A stretch of 63,436 nucleotides of DNA, counting the filler, from Chiloscyllium plagiosum (lineage: Eukaryota): assembly GCF_004010195.1 (NCBI RefSeq). It is 4 parts of one record of this genome, joined end to end, with 100 filler letters (N's around TTAATTAATTAA, not from the genome) between each part and the next. Parts side by side here need not be neighbours in the genome. Positions count along the whole stretch, not along the records: positions 17,958 to 44,755 come from NC_057710.1; positions 44,856 to 54,892 come from NC_057710.1; 2 more parts are not named here. One strand, given 5' to 3'. Below the pieces are notes generated by a model. It saw nothing but the letters and a program-made list of their open reading frames with translations. It did no database searches and was not told where the DNA came from. This document shows, piece by piece, positions 38,757-50,700 of this stretch. The position numbers and the translations under genes were made by a program. Within the stretch, counting starts at the first letter, position 1; each line of letters begins with the position of its first letter.

Positions 38757-40514
38757 TAACTGACTAACTCACACCATGGGTGCTAGAAAAAAGAAAAAAA
38801 AGAAATAGGAATATTGAATAAAGATTCGTGCACTTTGTGTCTTTCACTGTGTCTCAAAAAAAAATAACTGACTAACTTTCTCCCTCCAACTCTATTTTGA
38901 TTTAGTCCCTACCCTCCCCTTCACTGTTTTGATCACGCAGCACTGCCCTTTGATGTGAAGGGCAGTGTTTGTCACTGGCCACGGGTGTTTTCCTATCTTC
39001 CTGGTGGTGGAATTTGAATAAAGATTCGTGCACTTTGTGTCTTTCACTGTGTCTCACACCTGCACACACACACCATGGGTGCTGGGGAAAAAATAAGCAC
39101 TACCGCACTTAGGTGGTAGTGTGGGGGTTAAATAAAAAAAACAGGAGATTAAACCTCCTCAAGAAAAAATAACTGACTAACTCCTCTGCTTTTGGTTGCA
39201 CTTCAGTCCCACGCTCCTGATCTTTGGGCACCCGGTACGGAGGAGGGAGGGCAGGTCTGAAGACCTCCTCGTGGGTCTGCTCCTGGGCCTGGCCAAACTG
39301 GCCATCAACAGGTCCAGGCAGCAGGCCGTGGAGGGGGTCGTTAGGGCCAACTGCCTGCCCCTCTTCCGCGGTTACGTTAGGGCCCGGGTGTCCTTGGAGA
39401 AGGAGCACGCGGTGTCGACCAACACCCTGGAGTTGTTCAGTAGGAGGTGGGCGCCACGGGGAGTGGAGTGCATCATTTCCCCCTCCAACTCTATTTTGAT
39501 TTAGTCCCTACCCTCCCCTTCACTGTTTTGATCACACAGCATTGTCCTTTGATGTGAAGGGCAGTGTTTGTCACTGGCCACTCGGGTGTTTTCCTATCTT
39601 CCTGGTGGTGGAAATTGAATAAAGATTTGTGCACTTTGTGTCTTTCACTGTGTCTCACACCTGCACACACACACCATGGGTGCTGGGGAAAAAATAAGCA
39701 CTACTGCAGTTAGGCGGTAGTGTGGGGGGGGTTAAATAAAAAAATAAATAAATAAATAAACAGGAGCCTTCACACAGCATTGCTCTTTGATGCGAAGGGC
39801 AGTGCTTGTCACTGGCCACTCAGGTGTTTTTCCCATATTGAGAGTTGGATCAGTGTGAGTGTGAAAAAAAAACTGACTAATTCCTCCTCTGCTTTTGGTT
39901 GCACTTCAGTCCCACGCTCCTGATCTTTGGGCACCCGGTACGGAGGAAGGAGGGCAGGTCTGAAGACCTCCTCGTGGGTCTGCTCCTGGGCCTGGCCAAA
40001 CTGGCCATCAACAGGTCCAGGCAACGGGCCGTGGAGGGGGTCGTTAGGGCCGACTGCCTGCCCCTCTTCCGCGGTTACGTTAGGGCCCGGGTGTCCTTGG
40101 AGAAGGAGCACGCGGTGTCGACCAACACCCTGGAGTTGTTCAGGGAGAGGTGGGCGTCGCGGGAAATGGAGTGCATTATTTCCCCCTCCAACTCTATTTT
40201 GATTTAGTCCCTACCCTCCCCTTCACTGTTTGATCACACAAAAAAAAGCAGGGACACAAAGCATTGCCCTTTGATGTGAAGGGCAGTGCTTGTCACTGGC
40301 CACTCGGGTGTTTTCCTAGCTTCCTGGTGGTGGAAATTGAATAAAGATTTGTGCACCTCGTGTCTTTCACTGTGTCTCACTCCTACACACACACACCATG
40401 GGTGCTGGGGAAAAAATAAGCACTACCGCAGTTAGGCGGTAGTGTGGGGTTTATAAAGAATAAAAAAAAAGAAAAAAGAAGAAAAAAGATAAAAAGAAAA
40501 AAAAACTGACTAAC
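38757..40514 (+). mobile_element. Tandem array of four 5'-truncated Tx1-clade LINE 3' ends separated by a repeated target-site motif
   Basis: ORF2 C-terminus HFSPTLLIFGHPVRR...LLLGLAKLAINRSR...FRGYVRARVSLEKEHAVSTNTLELF..RWA (39196-39504, 39899-40207); shared 3' UTR with A-rich ends; AACTGACTAA at 38758, 38866, 39171, 39871, 40504. Confidence 0.85.
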
Positions 40515-40651
40515 ACTATCAAGAAAGTGCTGGCAATTATTATAACCAGATTAGAATTTCTCATAGCTGGTAATGGTCCAGGTAGTGCCAAAGCAAGCAA
40601 TCTGTACACAGCTTGCCAGTTGCTTTTCTCATCCTGTATGTTCAGGTTCAA

Positions 40652-41550
40652 AGAGAAGATTTGTAGCTCGGGTGCTCGTTGTTGTGGTTCTGTTCGCCGA
40701 GCTGGGAATTTGTGTTGCAGATGTTTCATCCCCTGTCGAGGTGACATCCTCAGTGCTTGGGAACCTCCTATGATGCGCTTCTGTGATGTTTCCAACGGAG
40801 TTTATAGTGGTTTGTCTCTGCCGCTTCCGGTTGTCAGTTCCAGCTGTCCACTGCAGTGGCCGGTATATTGGGTCCAGGTCGATGTGTTTGTTGATAGAAT
40901 CTGTGGATGAGTGCCATGCCTCTAGGAATTCCCTGGCTATTCTCTGTTTGGCTTGTCCTATAATAGTAGTGTTGTCCCAGTCAAACTCATGTTGCTTATC
41001 ATCCGCGTGTGTGGCTACTAAGGATAGCTGATCTTGTCGTTTCGTGGCTAGTTAGGGTTCATGGATACGGATCGTTAGCTGTCTTCCTGCTTGTCCTATG
41101 TAGTGTTTTGTGCAGTCCTTGCATGGGATTTTGTACACTATGTTGGTTTTGCTCATGCTGGGTATCGGGTCCTTTGTCCTGGTAAGTTGTTGTTTGAGAG
41201 TGGCTGTTGGTTTGTGTGCTGTTATGAGTCCTAGTGGTCATAGTAGTCTGGCTGTCAGTTCAGAAATGTTCTTGATGTATGGTAACGTGGCTAGTCCTTT
41301 GGGTTTTCACATGTCCTGATTCCGTTGTCTTTCCCTTAGGTATCCGTTTTTGGCGAATATATTGTAGAGGTGTTCTTCTTCCTCTTTTTGCAGTTCTGGT
41401 GTGCTGCAGTGTGTTGTGGCCCTTTTGAACAGTGTCTTGATGCAACTTCTTTTGTGTGTGTTGGGGTGGTTGCTTTCGTAGTTCAGGACTTGGTCTGTGT
41501 GTGTGTGTGGCTTTCCTGTATACCTTTGTGGTGAATTCTCTGTTCGGTAT
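40652..41550 (-). mobile_element. Penelope-like element (Poseidon-type) 3' portion
   Basis: Reverse strand NIVYKIPCKDCTKHYIGQAGRQLTIRIHE; hammerhead core at 40717-40757. Confidence 0.85.
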
Positions 41551-42469
41551 GTTCAGGATAATTCACCAACATCTCATTGCATTCTCCGTGGACAGTGTCG
41601 CACTCCTCCATCCATTGTCCACAGAAATGTGAATTACCGAAACACCAGCCTCACCAGTTATCATAGCTGATCTCATATTAACATAATGCACTTCACTGCT
41701 TCATCACTGTGCTTCAGAGCTCACTGATACTTTACATCAGAATTCTCCTGCTAGGTCACTCTGTGCATAGAGGCACACACTCATTTCATCTCAAGCACAT
41801 GTACAGGGTACATTTTGTAGCTCTTAGCTTGATTTCTTAGCACTCATGTACTCTGCATTTACTTTGAAGTCCACAAGATCACTGGCCTGCATTGCCTTTT
41901 ACTTCACACAGAAAAGCCGGTAGCTTGGCATGTTGGGCAGCACTGAGCCCTCAATTGAAGTGTACGTGTTGCTGCACATAACTATGCTACATCAATGTCA
42001 TGCTGACAACTTACATGGCAAACATACTGCATGTGCTTCACCAAGTGGCCATGTTTGAAAGTCAAAGGGGACCAGTCCTGATTAGGTTCAAAGCAGAAAG
42101 CTTGGGGGCAAACCTTGTCAATCACTCAACAGCACAACTGGATAATGTGCCAAATTCAACCAAACCTCAACTGTGCAATAAGCAAGTAAAATGGATGCGA
42201 AAGCATTCACAGTGGATGGAGTAGGTGTATTTATTTGTCTGCAGGAGCATTGCCCAAAATGTGATGCCCTGCTTGGGGGCAGCCAGGCATCTACAGATGC
42301 AGTGAATCTGCCATCAAACTGCACTTCATGTGTAACCCATGCATCAATCAACAATGCTCATTACAAAGCTTGGTCTCAAGGTATTGTGCCCATTCCATTG
42401 CTGCTAAATGGGAGAGCAGTACACCACAATAAAGCATACTGGGTTGGTTACCTTGACATGAAATTTTCA

Positions 42470-43150
42470 GCATCCCCACGAATGGTCTTCATTCTGTCTG
42501 ACCATCTCCAGGATCGTCTCCTCGTAGGGTTGAGACGAGCTGAATGGTATTTTGGGTTAGATGAGCTGTGAGAGTGTTGTTGAGTGGAGATGCTTCCTGA
42601 ACTAGTGACAGCTGTAGACTATTAGCCCATAGTGATATTAGTGTGTTGTGACACAGTTAAGGGGGGGGCAGAGAGAAGATGGTGGCTATTACCCTTGCAG
42701 AGTGCAGATCATTGACCTTCTTGTTCCACTGCTGGGTGATGTTCCATTACATGCAAGAGACTGAATAACCCAGGCTGTTATTTCTGTCCAGAATGCTGAC
42801 TCTGGTGATGTGACCTCCTTGGCCAGTCTGCAGAATAGAGAACAGCCTTCCTCTGGACAAACCCATCCACTTTGATGTCCGTGTCAGGTTTAAGTTTTCC
42901 ATCCGGGAGCACATCCTCTGAGAGGACTGTCCAGCAGCACAGTTTCTTGTTTGCAGCATCTGAAGTGGTGTACAGCCGGCATTCAGAATGGGCAACAGCA
43001 TGAACAACGCAAGGTCCCAGCAGCAGTGAGCACCATGGCCTCTGCTGTCATGTGGCTGTTTACAAGAGTGTCTGAGCGCCCAAATACATAATTAATGAGG
43101 TGGGGAGAGAAGTCACCGTGAGCCAAGATGGGACAGACACCATGAAACTA
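42470..43150 (-). mobile_element. Degenerate PIF/Harbinger-like Myb/SANT gene fragment
   Basis: Minus strand TQQWNKKVNDLHSAR|gta (about 42690-42737) and PYEETILEMV (about 42497-42530). Confidence 0.5.
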
Positions 43151-43496
43151 AAATAACACATAGCCTAAAATGGAGTCCCAAATATCATATGTGCGAAAGG
43201 GAAAGAAGGTTGATCCTGCGCAAGACACAAATTTACCCAGTCAAACATCTCTAATGCAAAGATAAGCAATCTAACATTGTGTTAGCTATTTAAAAGCCGA
43301 TTATAATAAGAAGGTCTGAGGATGCAGTTCTAGAACCATTACCATTCTGACCTGGATTAAGCAACTCAATGTGCAATGCTCATGTTTGCAGATGATACTC
43401 AAGTAGGAGTTACTGTGGAATCAAAATGTGGCATCTTAAAAATTACAGAATGATTTGCAAAGGATAATGTAAATGGAAGATAGAATTAAACTTGCA

Positions 43497-44755
43497 GCTC
43501 AGCACTGTCCCCATGACTTGTCCAGACTTGTCCTACCTGCCTATCTCCTATTCCACCTATCCACTCCACCCTCTCCTCCCTGACCTATCACCTTCATCCC
43601 CTCCCCCACTCACCCATTTAACTCTATGCTACTTTCTCCCCACTCCCACCCTCCTCTAGCTTATCTCTCCACGCTTCAGGCTCACTGTCTTTTTTCCTGA
43701 TGAAGAGCTTTTGCCTGAAACATCGATTTCGCTGCACCTTGGATGCTGCCTGAACTGCTGTGCTCTTACAGCACCACTAATCCAGAATCTGGTTTCCAGT
43801 GTCTGCAGTCATTGTTTTTACCTCGTTGATTTTAACCCTACTGCGAATTCTCTTGCAAGGATGCCTGCCTTGAAGAAGTTTTCCTCCTCTCTCTACAAGA
43901 ATCTCAGGGAGTCCCTCTCCCACTGCAACTCCCAGGTCATTTCCTCTGCCCTGAAGCTCTTCAACCACGTCGTGAAACAAACTCGCTACTACAGCCACAT
44001 TTGCTTCCTCAGTACCTGCCTCCATAACCAATTCATCCTACATGGACTCCGGACCACCTTTAAACCAGCAGAGTTCGGACCCGAACAGGACAAAAATACA
44101 GACTACAGATTCAAAAATACCAGCAACAGTTCTCCTTCAAGATCCTCCGCTCCACGCTTGCAGCAATGCGCCGGCACCTAACCTCTCTACAGTCATCCCT
44201 GCCTCAGCTGAATTGCAAAGGACCCACTCTGTACTACATCCTCAGGAGAATTCATACTCTCAACAAACAATATTTCAATTCCATCTCAAACTGTAAGTAC
44301 AACAAACTTCTATCTACCTACCTCCATAACCAGCGCTCCTCAAACATTCCAGAAGATTCCCCTGGCCTCGGAATCTACTCAGACGCCATTAGCCATGTGG
44401 CTGATGCAGCTGCCACGCCCACACTGATTGATGATGTCACTTCCACCCCCATCATGGCCACTCCCACAACCATTTCAACCCCTCACAATTCCTCATGCAT
44501 CACACATGACATCACTTCCACCCCTCACATCATCGCTGATGCCACTGCTCAGTGACTTCTGCCACCCCTACTGCCGTGGTCACCACCACTTCCGCCCCCA
44601 GCAGCGCCACTCACCTGCATTCTGCTGACATGCCCCCCATAGAACCCACTGTCACTATCCCCACCCCCCAGAACCTCGAGGGGAACACTACCTCTGCTCA
44701 TGACTCCACCCCCATTCCCCCCACCATCACACCCACTCCAGTTACAGGTTCCGCC
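43497..44755 (+). mobile_element. Penelope-like element 5' part (pLTR plus ORF N-terminus), cut by the gap
   Basis: pLTR with cctgatgaagagcttttgcctgaaacatcg, then MPALKKFSSSLYKNLRESLSHC...HICFLSTCL and a Thr/Pro-rich linker. Confidence 0.8.
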
Positions 44756-44855
44756 NNNNNNNNNNNNNNNNNNNNNNNNNNNNNNNNNNNNNNNNNNNNT
44801 TAATTAATTAANNNNNNNNNNNNNNNNNNNNNNNNNNNNNNNNNNNNNNNNNNNN
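44756..44855. other. Artificial assembly linker/gap
   Basis: Same 44N-TTAATTAATTAA-44N structure. Confidence 0.98.
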
Positions 44856-45340
44856 CGCAAGTATTCCCTGTCAGTGCTTCCTTCTTCACAGCCTCCCTGC
44901 ATTCTTGGACATCCTGACAAACAGCTAGTCTACTTGCTGGACTACAAGTCCGGATCCCATCCCCCTGCCAAATTAGTTTAAACCCCCCCGCAGAGTGCTA
45001 GCAAACCTACCTCCCAGGATATTGGTGCCCTTCTGGTTCAGGTGCAACCTGTCCTGCTTGTACAGGTCCCACCTTCCCCAGAATGCAGTCCAATTGTCCA
45101 AATACCTGAAGCCCTCCCTCCTACACCATCCTTGCAGCCACGTGTTCAACTGCACTCTCTCCCTATTCCTTGCCTCACTGTCACGTGGCACCGGCAACAA
45201 CCCAGAGAATACGACTCTGTCTGTCCTAGCTTTCAGCTTCCAGCCTAACTCCAAGCTCTTGAATGACCTCCCCACCTCTCTTCCTACCTATGTCGTTGGT
45301 GCCAACGTGCACCACGACTTCTGGCTGCACGCCCTCCCCC
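44856..45340 (-). mobile_element. CR1 LINE ORF1 (SGNH esterase-like) fragment
   Basis: VVHVGTNDIGR and VVFSGLLPVPR...WCRREGFRYLDNW..FWGRWDLYKQDRLHLN. Confidence 0.9.
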
Positions 45341-45391
45341 TTAAGGAGGGAGGTCAGGCTTTAAAATATCTGAAAATAAGTGAAAGAAGCT

Positions 45392-45709
45392 GCACGGTGG
45401 CACAGTGGTTAGCGCTGCTGCCTCACAGCGCCAGAGACCCGGGTTCAATTCCCGCCTCAGGCGACTGACTGTGTGGAGTTTGCACGTTCTCCCCGTGTCT
45501 GCGTGGGTTTCCTCCGGGTGCTCCGGTTTCCTCCCACAGTCCAAAGATGTGCAAGTCAGGTGAATTGGCCATGCTAAATTGCCCGTAGTGTTAGGTAAGG
45601 AGTAAATGTAGGGGTATGGGTGGGTTGCGCTTCAGCGGGGCGGTGTGGACTTGTTGGGCCGAAGGGCCTGTTTCCACACTGTAAGTAATCTAATCTAATC
45701 TAATCTAAT
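45392..45709 (+). mobile_element. Young HE1 SINE
   Basis: Near-identical to 28443-28770; (TAATC)n tail. Confidence 0.93.
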
Positions 45710-46413
45710 AATGTGGTGCTACCTCTTACCGCCTTATTGGAAACAGCTTGATAATAATGTTATTTATGTTCTTGAGAGGAGAATAGAAGTTTGAGCTCCA
45801 TCATGGTGTTGCATTAAAATGATCACTCTTTTCGCCTGTTTTGTACACCTCTCGGAATCTTGTTTTATCTTGGAATTCCAGAATTTCTTCCTTTCTTTCA
45901 ACGTTTTGGGTTGATCTTGATGGTGGGATGAATAGTAATATGCCTGAGCAATGCAAAGTATAAATAGGATGATCTATCCAGCAAATTATGAAGGAAGCTA
46001 TGATTTGAAAACAAAATGGTATTGACACATGGAGGAAGAGCTTTTTTTTAAAACATTAGATAATACTATGTGAGAAAATATTGATTCAGCTACCTGGTTT
46101 ATTTTAATGGAAATTAGACCATATGTAATGTGTCATCCAGTGTCAAAATGACTGCACTTGTTTCTTTTGTGCATATTTTTGTTCTTTTCCAAATTATTTT
46201 TGTTCCCTTTCCTTCGTCTATTTAATTGCAGTTTAGAGGCCAGGTACATTTTCAGTTCTGTACCAATGTGAATCCAAGTTGCCCATGAGGAACTTCACTG
46301 GTATAACCTAGAATTTGCTCGAACCTTGATCATCTTTTCTTCCCTCCAATGGAAACACCTTGGACCAAGTATCATCCCCTTCCCCAAAACAAAGTAAATA
46401 GGATCAGTAACTG

Positions 46414-46675
46414 AGTAGTATGAATGATGAAGGTAACTGTCCATATTATTCTCTCCTGAGATCATTCATTCATGATTTAACATGCTGCACCAAAGAGGTG
46501 CAGTATATAGGTGCTGTACTTTGTGGGAACATGTGCAACATAAAGTAGTATGAATGATGAAGGTAACTGTCCATATTATTCTCTCCTGAGATCATTCATT
46601 CATGATTTAACATGCTGCACCAAAGAGGTCAGCAGTATATAGGTGCTGTACTTTGTGGGAACATGTGCAACATAA
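46414..46675. repeat. Near-perfect 130-bp tandem duplication
   Basis: 46414-46543 repeated at 46544-46675 with a 2-nt insertion (gaggtgcag vs gaggtcagcag). Confidence 0.95.
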
Positions 46676-47405
46676 CTGAATATTCTTATTTAAAAGTAAA
46701 TTAAATAATTGTGTAATTAACTTGGTGCTAAGTGAAATGATCAATGTTCATTGCTGTACATATGTTTAAGCTTGTTTCTAAATGTATCCAGTTAGAACTC
46801 TATTCTTATTACAGCCCTTTTTGTTAAGTAAAACACCAGTTTTGTGACCCAATATTCCTTACTATTCTCTGTGTAATAAGGGCATCACAATCTTGGTGAA
46901 GCAGTTTTCTAGCTATCTCAGAAATCAATATTAGATACCTCTAATGCGTCAATTAGAGGTGTATTGCCTGGTTGAGAAATCCTGCTTGAAGTCTTTGGTT
47001 CAAGCATAACAAATACTGACAGTCCTTTCAGAGGGACTGTAGAAGGTCACAACATGAAAGAAAAAAGTTTTTTTTCTATCTCCTACTCTAAAGATGGGAA
47101 AAGGAGTATTCTCCTCACCTTATGCTAGTTCGGGTATTTAAAGGGGTCCACTAATGAACACTTCTGTGGTACCTAAAGGGTGCTACTACTGAGGGAAGTA
47201 TTTCAGATTGGAAGCTGCCATCCTGTTCTGGAGGTGTGATGCACAGACAGTCTACCGGCAGTCTTGAAATGGGCCAGAGACCTAATTTCCAGTGAGACTT
47301 AAATTTCCAGCTTTGTTGCAAAGGCTACTATAAATAAGCTGAACAAATGTTTTGCCCAAATTGTTTTACAGAGACCTATTGACATTTTTTTTTGATTTTA
47401 AAAGA

Positions 47406-47720
47406 ATAGATTAGATTACTTACAGTGTGGAAACAGGCCCTTCGGCCCAACAAGTCCACACCGCCCCGCCGAAGCGGAACCCACCCATACCCCTACATTT
47501 ACCCCTTACCTAAAACTACGGGCAATTTAGCATGGCCAATTCACCTGACCTGCACACCTTTTTTGGATTGTGGGAGGAAACCGGAGCACCCGGAGGAAAC
47601 CCACGCAGATACGGGGAGAACGTGCAAACTCCACACAGTCAGTCGCCTGAGGCGGGAATTGAACCCGGGTCTCTGGCGCTGTGAGGCAGCAGTGCTAACC
47701 GCTGTGCCACCATGCCACCC
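47406..47720 (-). mobile_element. Young HE1 SINE
   Basis: Reverse complement of 45392-45709. Confidence 0.93.
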
Positions 47721-50700
47721 AAGTGGCACGGTGTGAACCAACACTTGTCATTAGTTGTGTACAGTATTTTGTTGGCTCAATATAGTGTGGAGCTGGATCT
47801 TCTAAGTCTACTACTCTTAGTTTGTGTACCATATCTTAAAAAAGTTGGTTTAAATTTAGTTCCAGCCATGTCAATTAAGTGTAATACTCATTGTAGTCAA
47901 TGAATTAAAATCAATTAATTTTGTTCAAATTTTTCTATACCTTATTGTAAAATGGTTGTTCACATTGAGAACAGCTTACTTAAAGATTGATTTTTCTGCT
48001 GATTTCAGGTATGTACTTATTTCAGTTATTGTCTTCTTCATTGTGAATTCTGCCAGTACTGATCAAGTAAACGGCTTTGGTGTGATGGTGCCAATAATAT
48101 TATAGGAAACAAACTGTGGACAATGTGACTACCAACATAACTCCCAACTTTGTAATTTTTAGTTAGTTATTTTGCCTAACTACATACTTATTCAAGGCTC
48201 TGTTTGCTTCATGCAAATACAGTCACGTTCTCATGAGTAACAGAACTTTCATCATTATATTTAGGACAGTAATAAAAGATGCTTGGACCTTGTCCCTTAT
48301 TTATTGCTTGACAGACTACCAGCAGTGTCCATGTATTGGAAGAAGTTTATCTGGCAGTAGCTGGGTGGGGAGTGGGGGGTGAAAATAAAGAAAAATAAGT
48401 CGACATGTTTTTGGTCATGTCAAAGCTGGGTCAGAAAACAGTACATCCTGGAGGTGATCTTGAATTCCTGTTAAAATGTGAAAGATCTCAACTTCTCAAC
48501 TTCATACTGTGACAAAACAAATAAAAGAACAGGCCTAAAATTAAACTGATTTTTGTTTTGCCACTTTTATGCAGCTACATGGTGTTGATATACAAATGGT
48601 GGAATTGAAGTATTGCCAGTTTTGTGCTGCAACTGTTATTGTAGTACATTGCAGTAAGATTATGATTGTAATGACTAGACCATAAACATCTGATTGTGAA
48701 TTCAAATCCCACAATGCATCTGAATTTAATGCATTATGTTTTGTCAACTGATATTAGGAAATACCTTTATAGAATGGGAAGAATGTAAAATGGGATAGTC
48801 TAAGGAGGGAGCATTAACATACCTAAGACACTGCTTGATGCATCCATGAAGGTGAAGGAATATAACAATATTATCAAACATAGTTCCCACAGCAAACTTT
48901 CAGTCAGTGATGCTGAGTTGGGTTGCAATGTTTCAATTTGACTCGAAGATAAAACACTGATTCTCCATGTAACCATGTTAACTTGACCTTTGTGGTTGAC
49001 AATTTTTTTCAGTGAATTGTAAAATGGTGGGAAAATAACTGCAATGAGTTAAGTTGAATATAAACCACTGATAGCCCCAGGAAAAGACCTTGAGTTCAGG
49101 CAGTCTGTGAAGTTGGACACTTTTTTAAAATCGGCATCAATTTCATTTTTGTCCAATCCAAAGAACTTATTGGGCAATACAGCGTTGCTCCTTGGGGCCC
49201 ATAAGCAACTGTGCTGAAAGCTGATATGTGCATGGTGGTATTCAACAACTAATTTGGTTTCTTTATGGTTTTCCCCATTCTTCAAGAAGTACAGAACAAC
49301 CTTATACTTACGGTGAAGACTGCACCCTCTTGTTCTCTGCAGGTCTTTTGCAATAATTTCCTTTCCTGTACACCACTTCCATGCATTTTTGGAACTAGGT
49401 CCTAATTCCATTTCTCATTTTCAAGTTCTTTACTATTCTTGTTTCAAAAGACCCCATGTTATTTTTATATTGCTATAGGTGTGCAGAAGAGACAACACAC
49501 AAGCCTCGTGTCCTTGCATAGTGAGGATCAGTTCCAGCAACAGCTAGATTATCACCTAAACCTTCTTAAACCTTTGGTTAGGTAGCGGCTGCTACATCTT
49601 GTTCAGTTCTGGGCACCACATTTTAGGAATTTGCTCAGGACTTGAAAAAAGTGCAAAATGAATTAAAATAAAATTTTGTAAAATCAGAAAATGCTGAGGT
49701 ATTACTGAAATAATACTCCACTCCATTCAGATGAAAGATCATCATCAACCTGAAAGTAACTCTGTTTCTCTCCACAGATGCTGCTGGACCTACTGAGTTT
49801 TCCCAATACTTTGTGGTTTTATTTCAAATTTACAAGATTTGCAATACTTTGCCTTTGTACCAAGAATACATGCTTCAGTTACATAAAGAGATTACAGGAT
49901 CATGATTGTTCTCCTTAGAGTAGCGGAGGTTAAGGAATGATTTAGTGGACATGTTCAAAATTTATAAAAGGTTTTGGTAAAGAAAAAAGATTAAACTATT
50001 TCCAGTGACAGAAGTATTGGTTACCCAAAGAAATGAATTTAAGGTACCTGGCGAGCAAAACCAAGAATTAGATAAATTTTATTTTAACCCAATGAATTGC
50101 ATTACCTGATAAATGAAATGCAGGTTAATTTAGAATTTACAAAATGAAATAAAATAAATACACGGAAGGTAGAATTTTACAGGACTAAAGCAGAAATGTA
50201 GGACTTTGGAAAAGTTATTTCAAAGATCTGACTGAGTCTTGCTGTGATTGAGCACATTGTGTCCTGTGTTAATCTATACACTGCCCCTGCAAACACTGTT
50301 TGATCCAGTCTTTACAGATGGGGAAAAAAATAGCATTGGTCCCCACATATTAAGATTTTGAGTCACTGAGTAATGACTTAGATCCGTGCCAAAGTTACAA
50401 TTTTAACCAATGTTTTCAATCAATCTCGTAAATTTTGCGGATCCAAAATTGCTTGGGTCCTTTTACAAAGCAAATGACATCACTGCTGTGTTGAACCTCA
50501 TGTCAATAGAGCTGAATTACGACTTGCATAACATTTGATAATTCAATAGACAAAACATTTTTCTCCCTAGGTTGTGTAATGCTTAATGAATTTGTCTGCC
50601 AACAAATCTCAGCATTTACATTGCAATATCTGCAAGTCTATGAACAAAACATAACAACCAATTATTTGTAAAACAAAGTAGTATAATAGCCAGTAGATCT

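Noticed and set aside
38758..38768. CTGACTAAC as a functional splice branch point
   Set aside because: It is on +, antisense to SORCS2, with no polypyrimidine/AG acceptor after the empty site.
38757..40514. CRISPR-like reading of the repeat-and-spacer pattern
   Set aside because: The repeat is only 10-12 bp, the spacers are homologous LINE 3' ends of 96-689 bp, there are no cas genes, and the DNA is eukaryotic.
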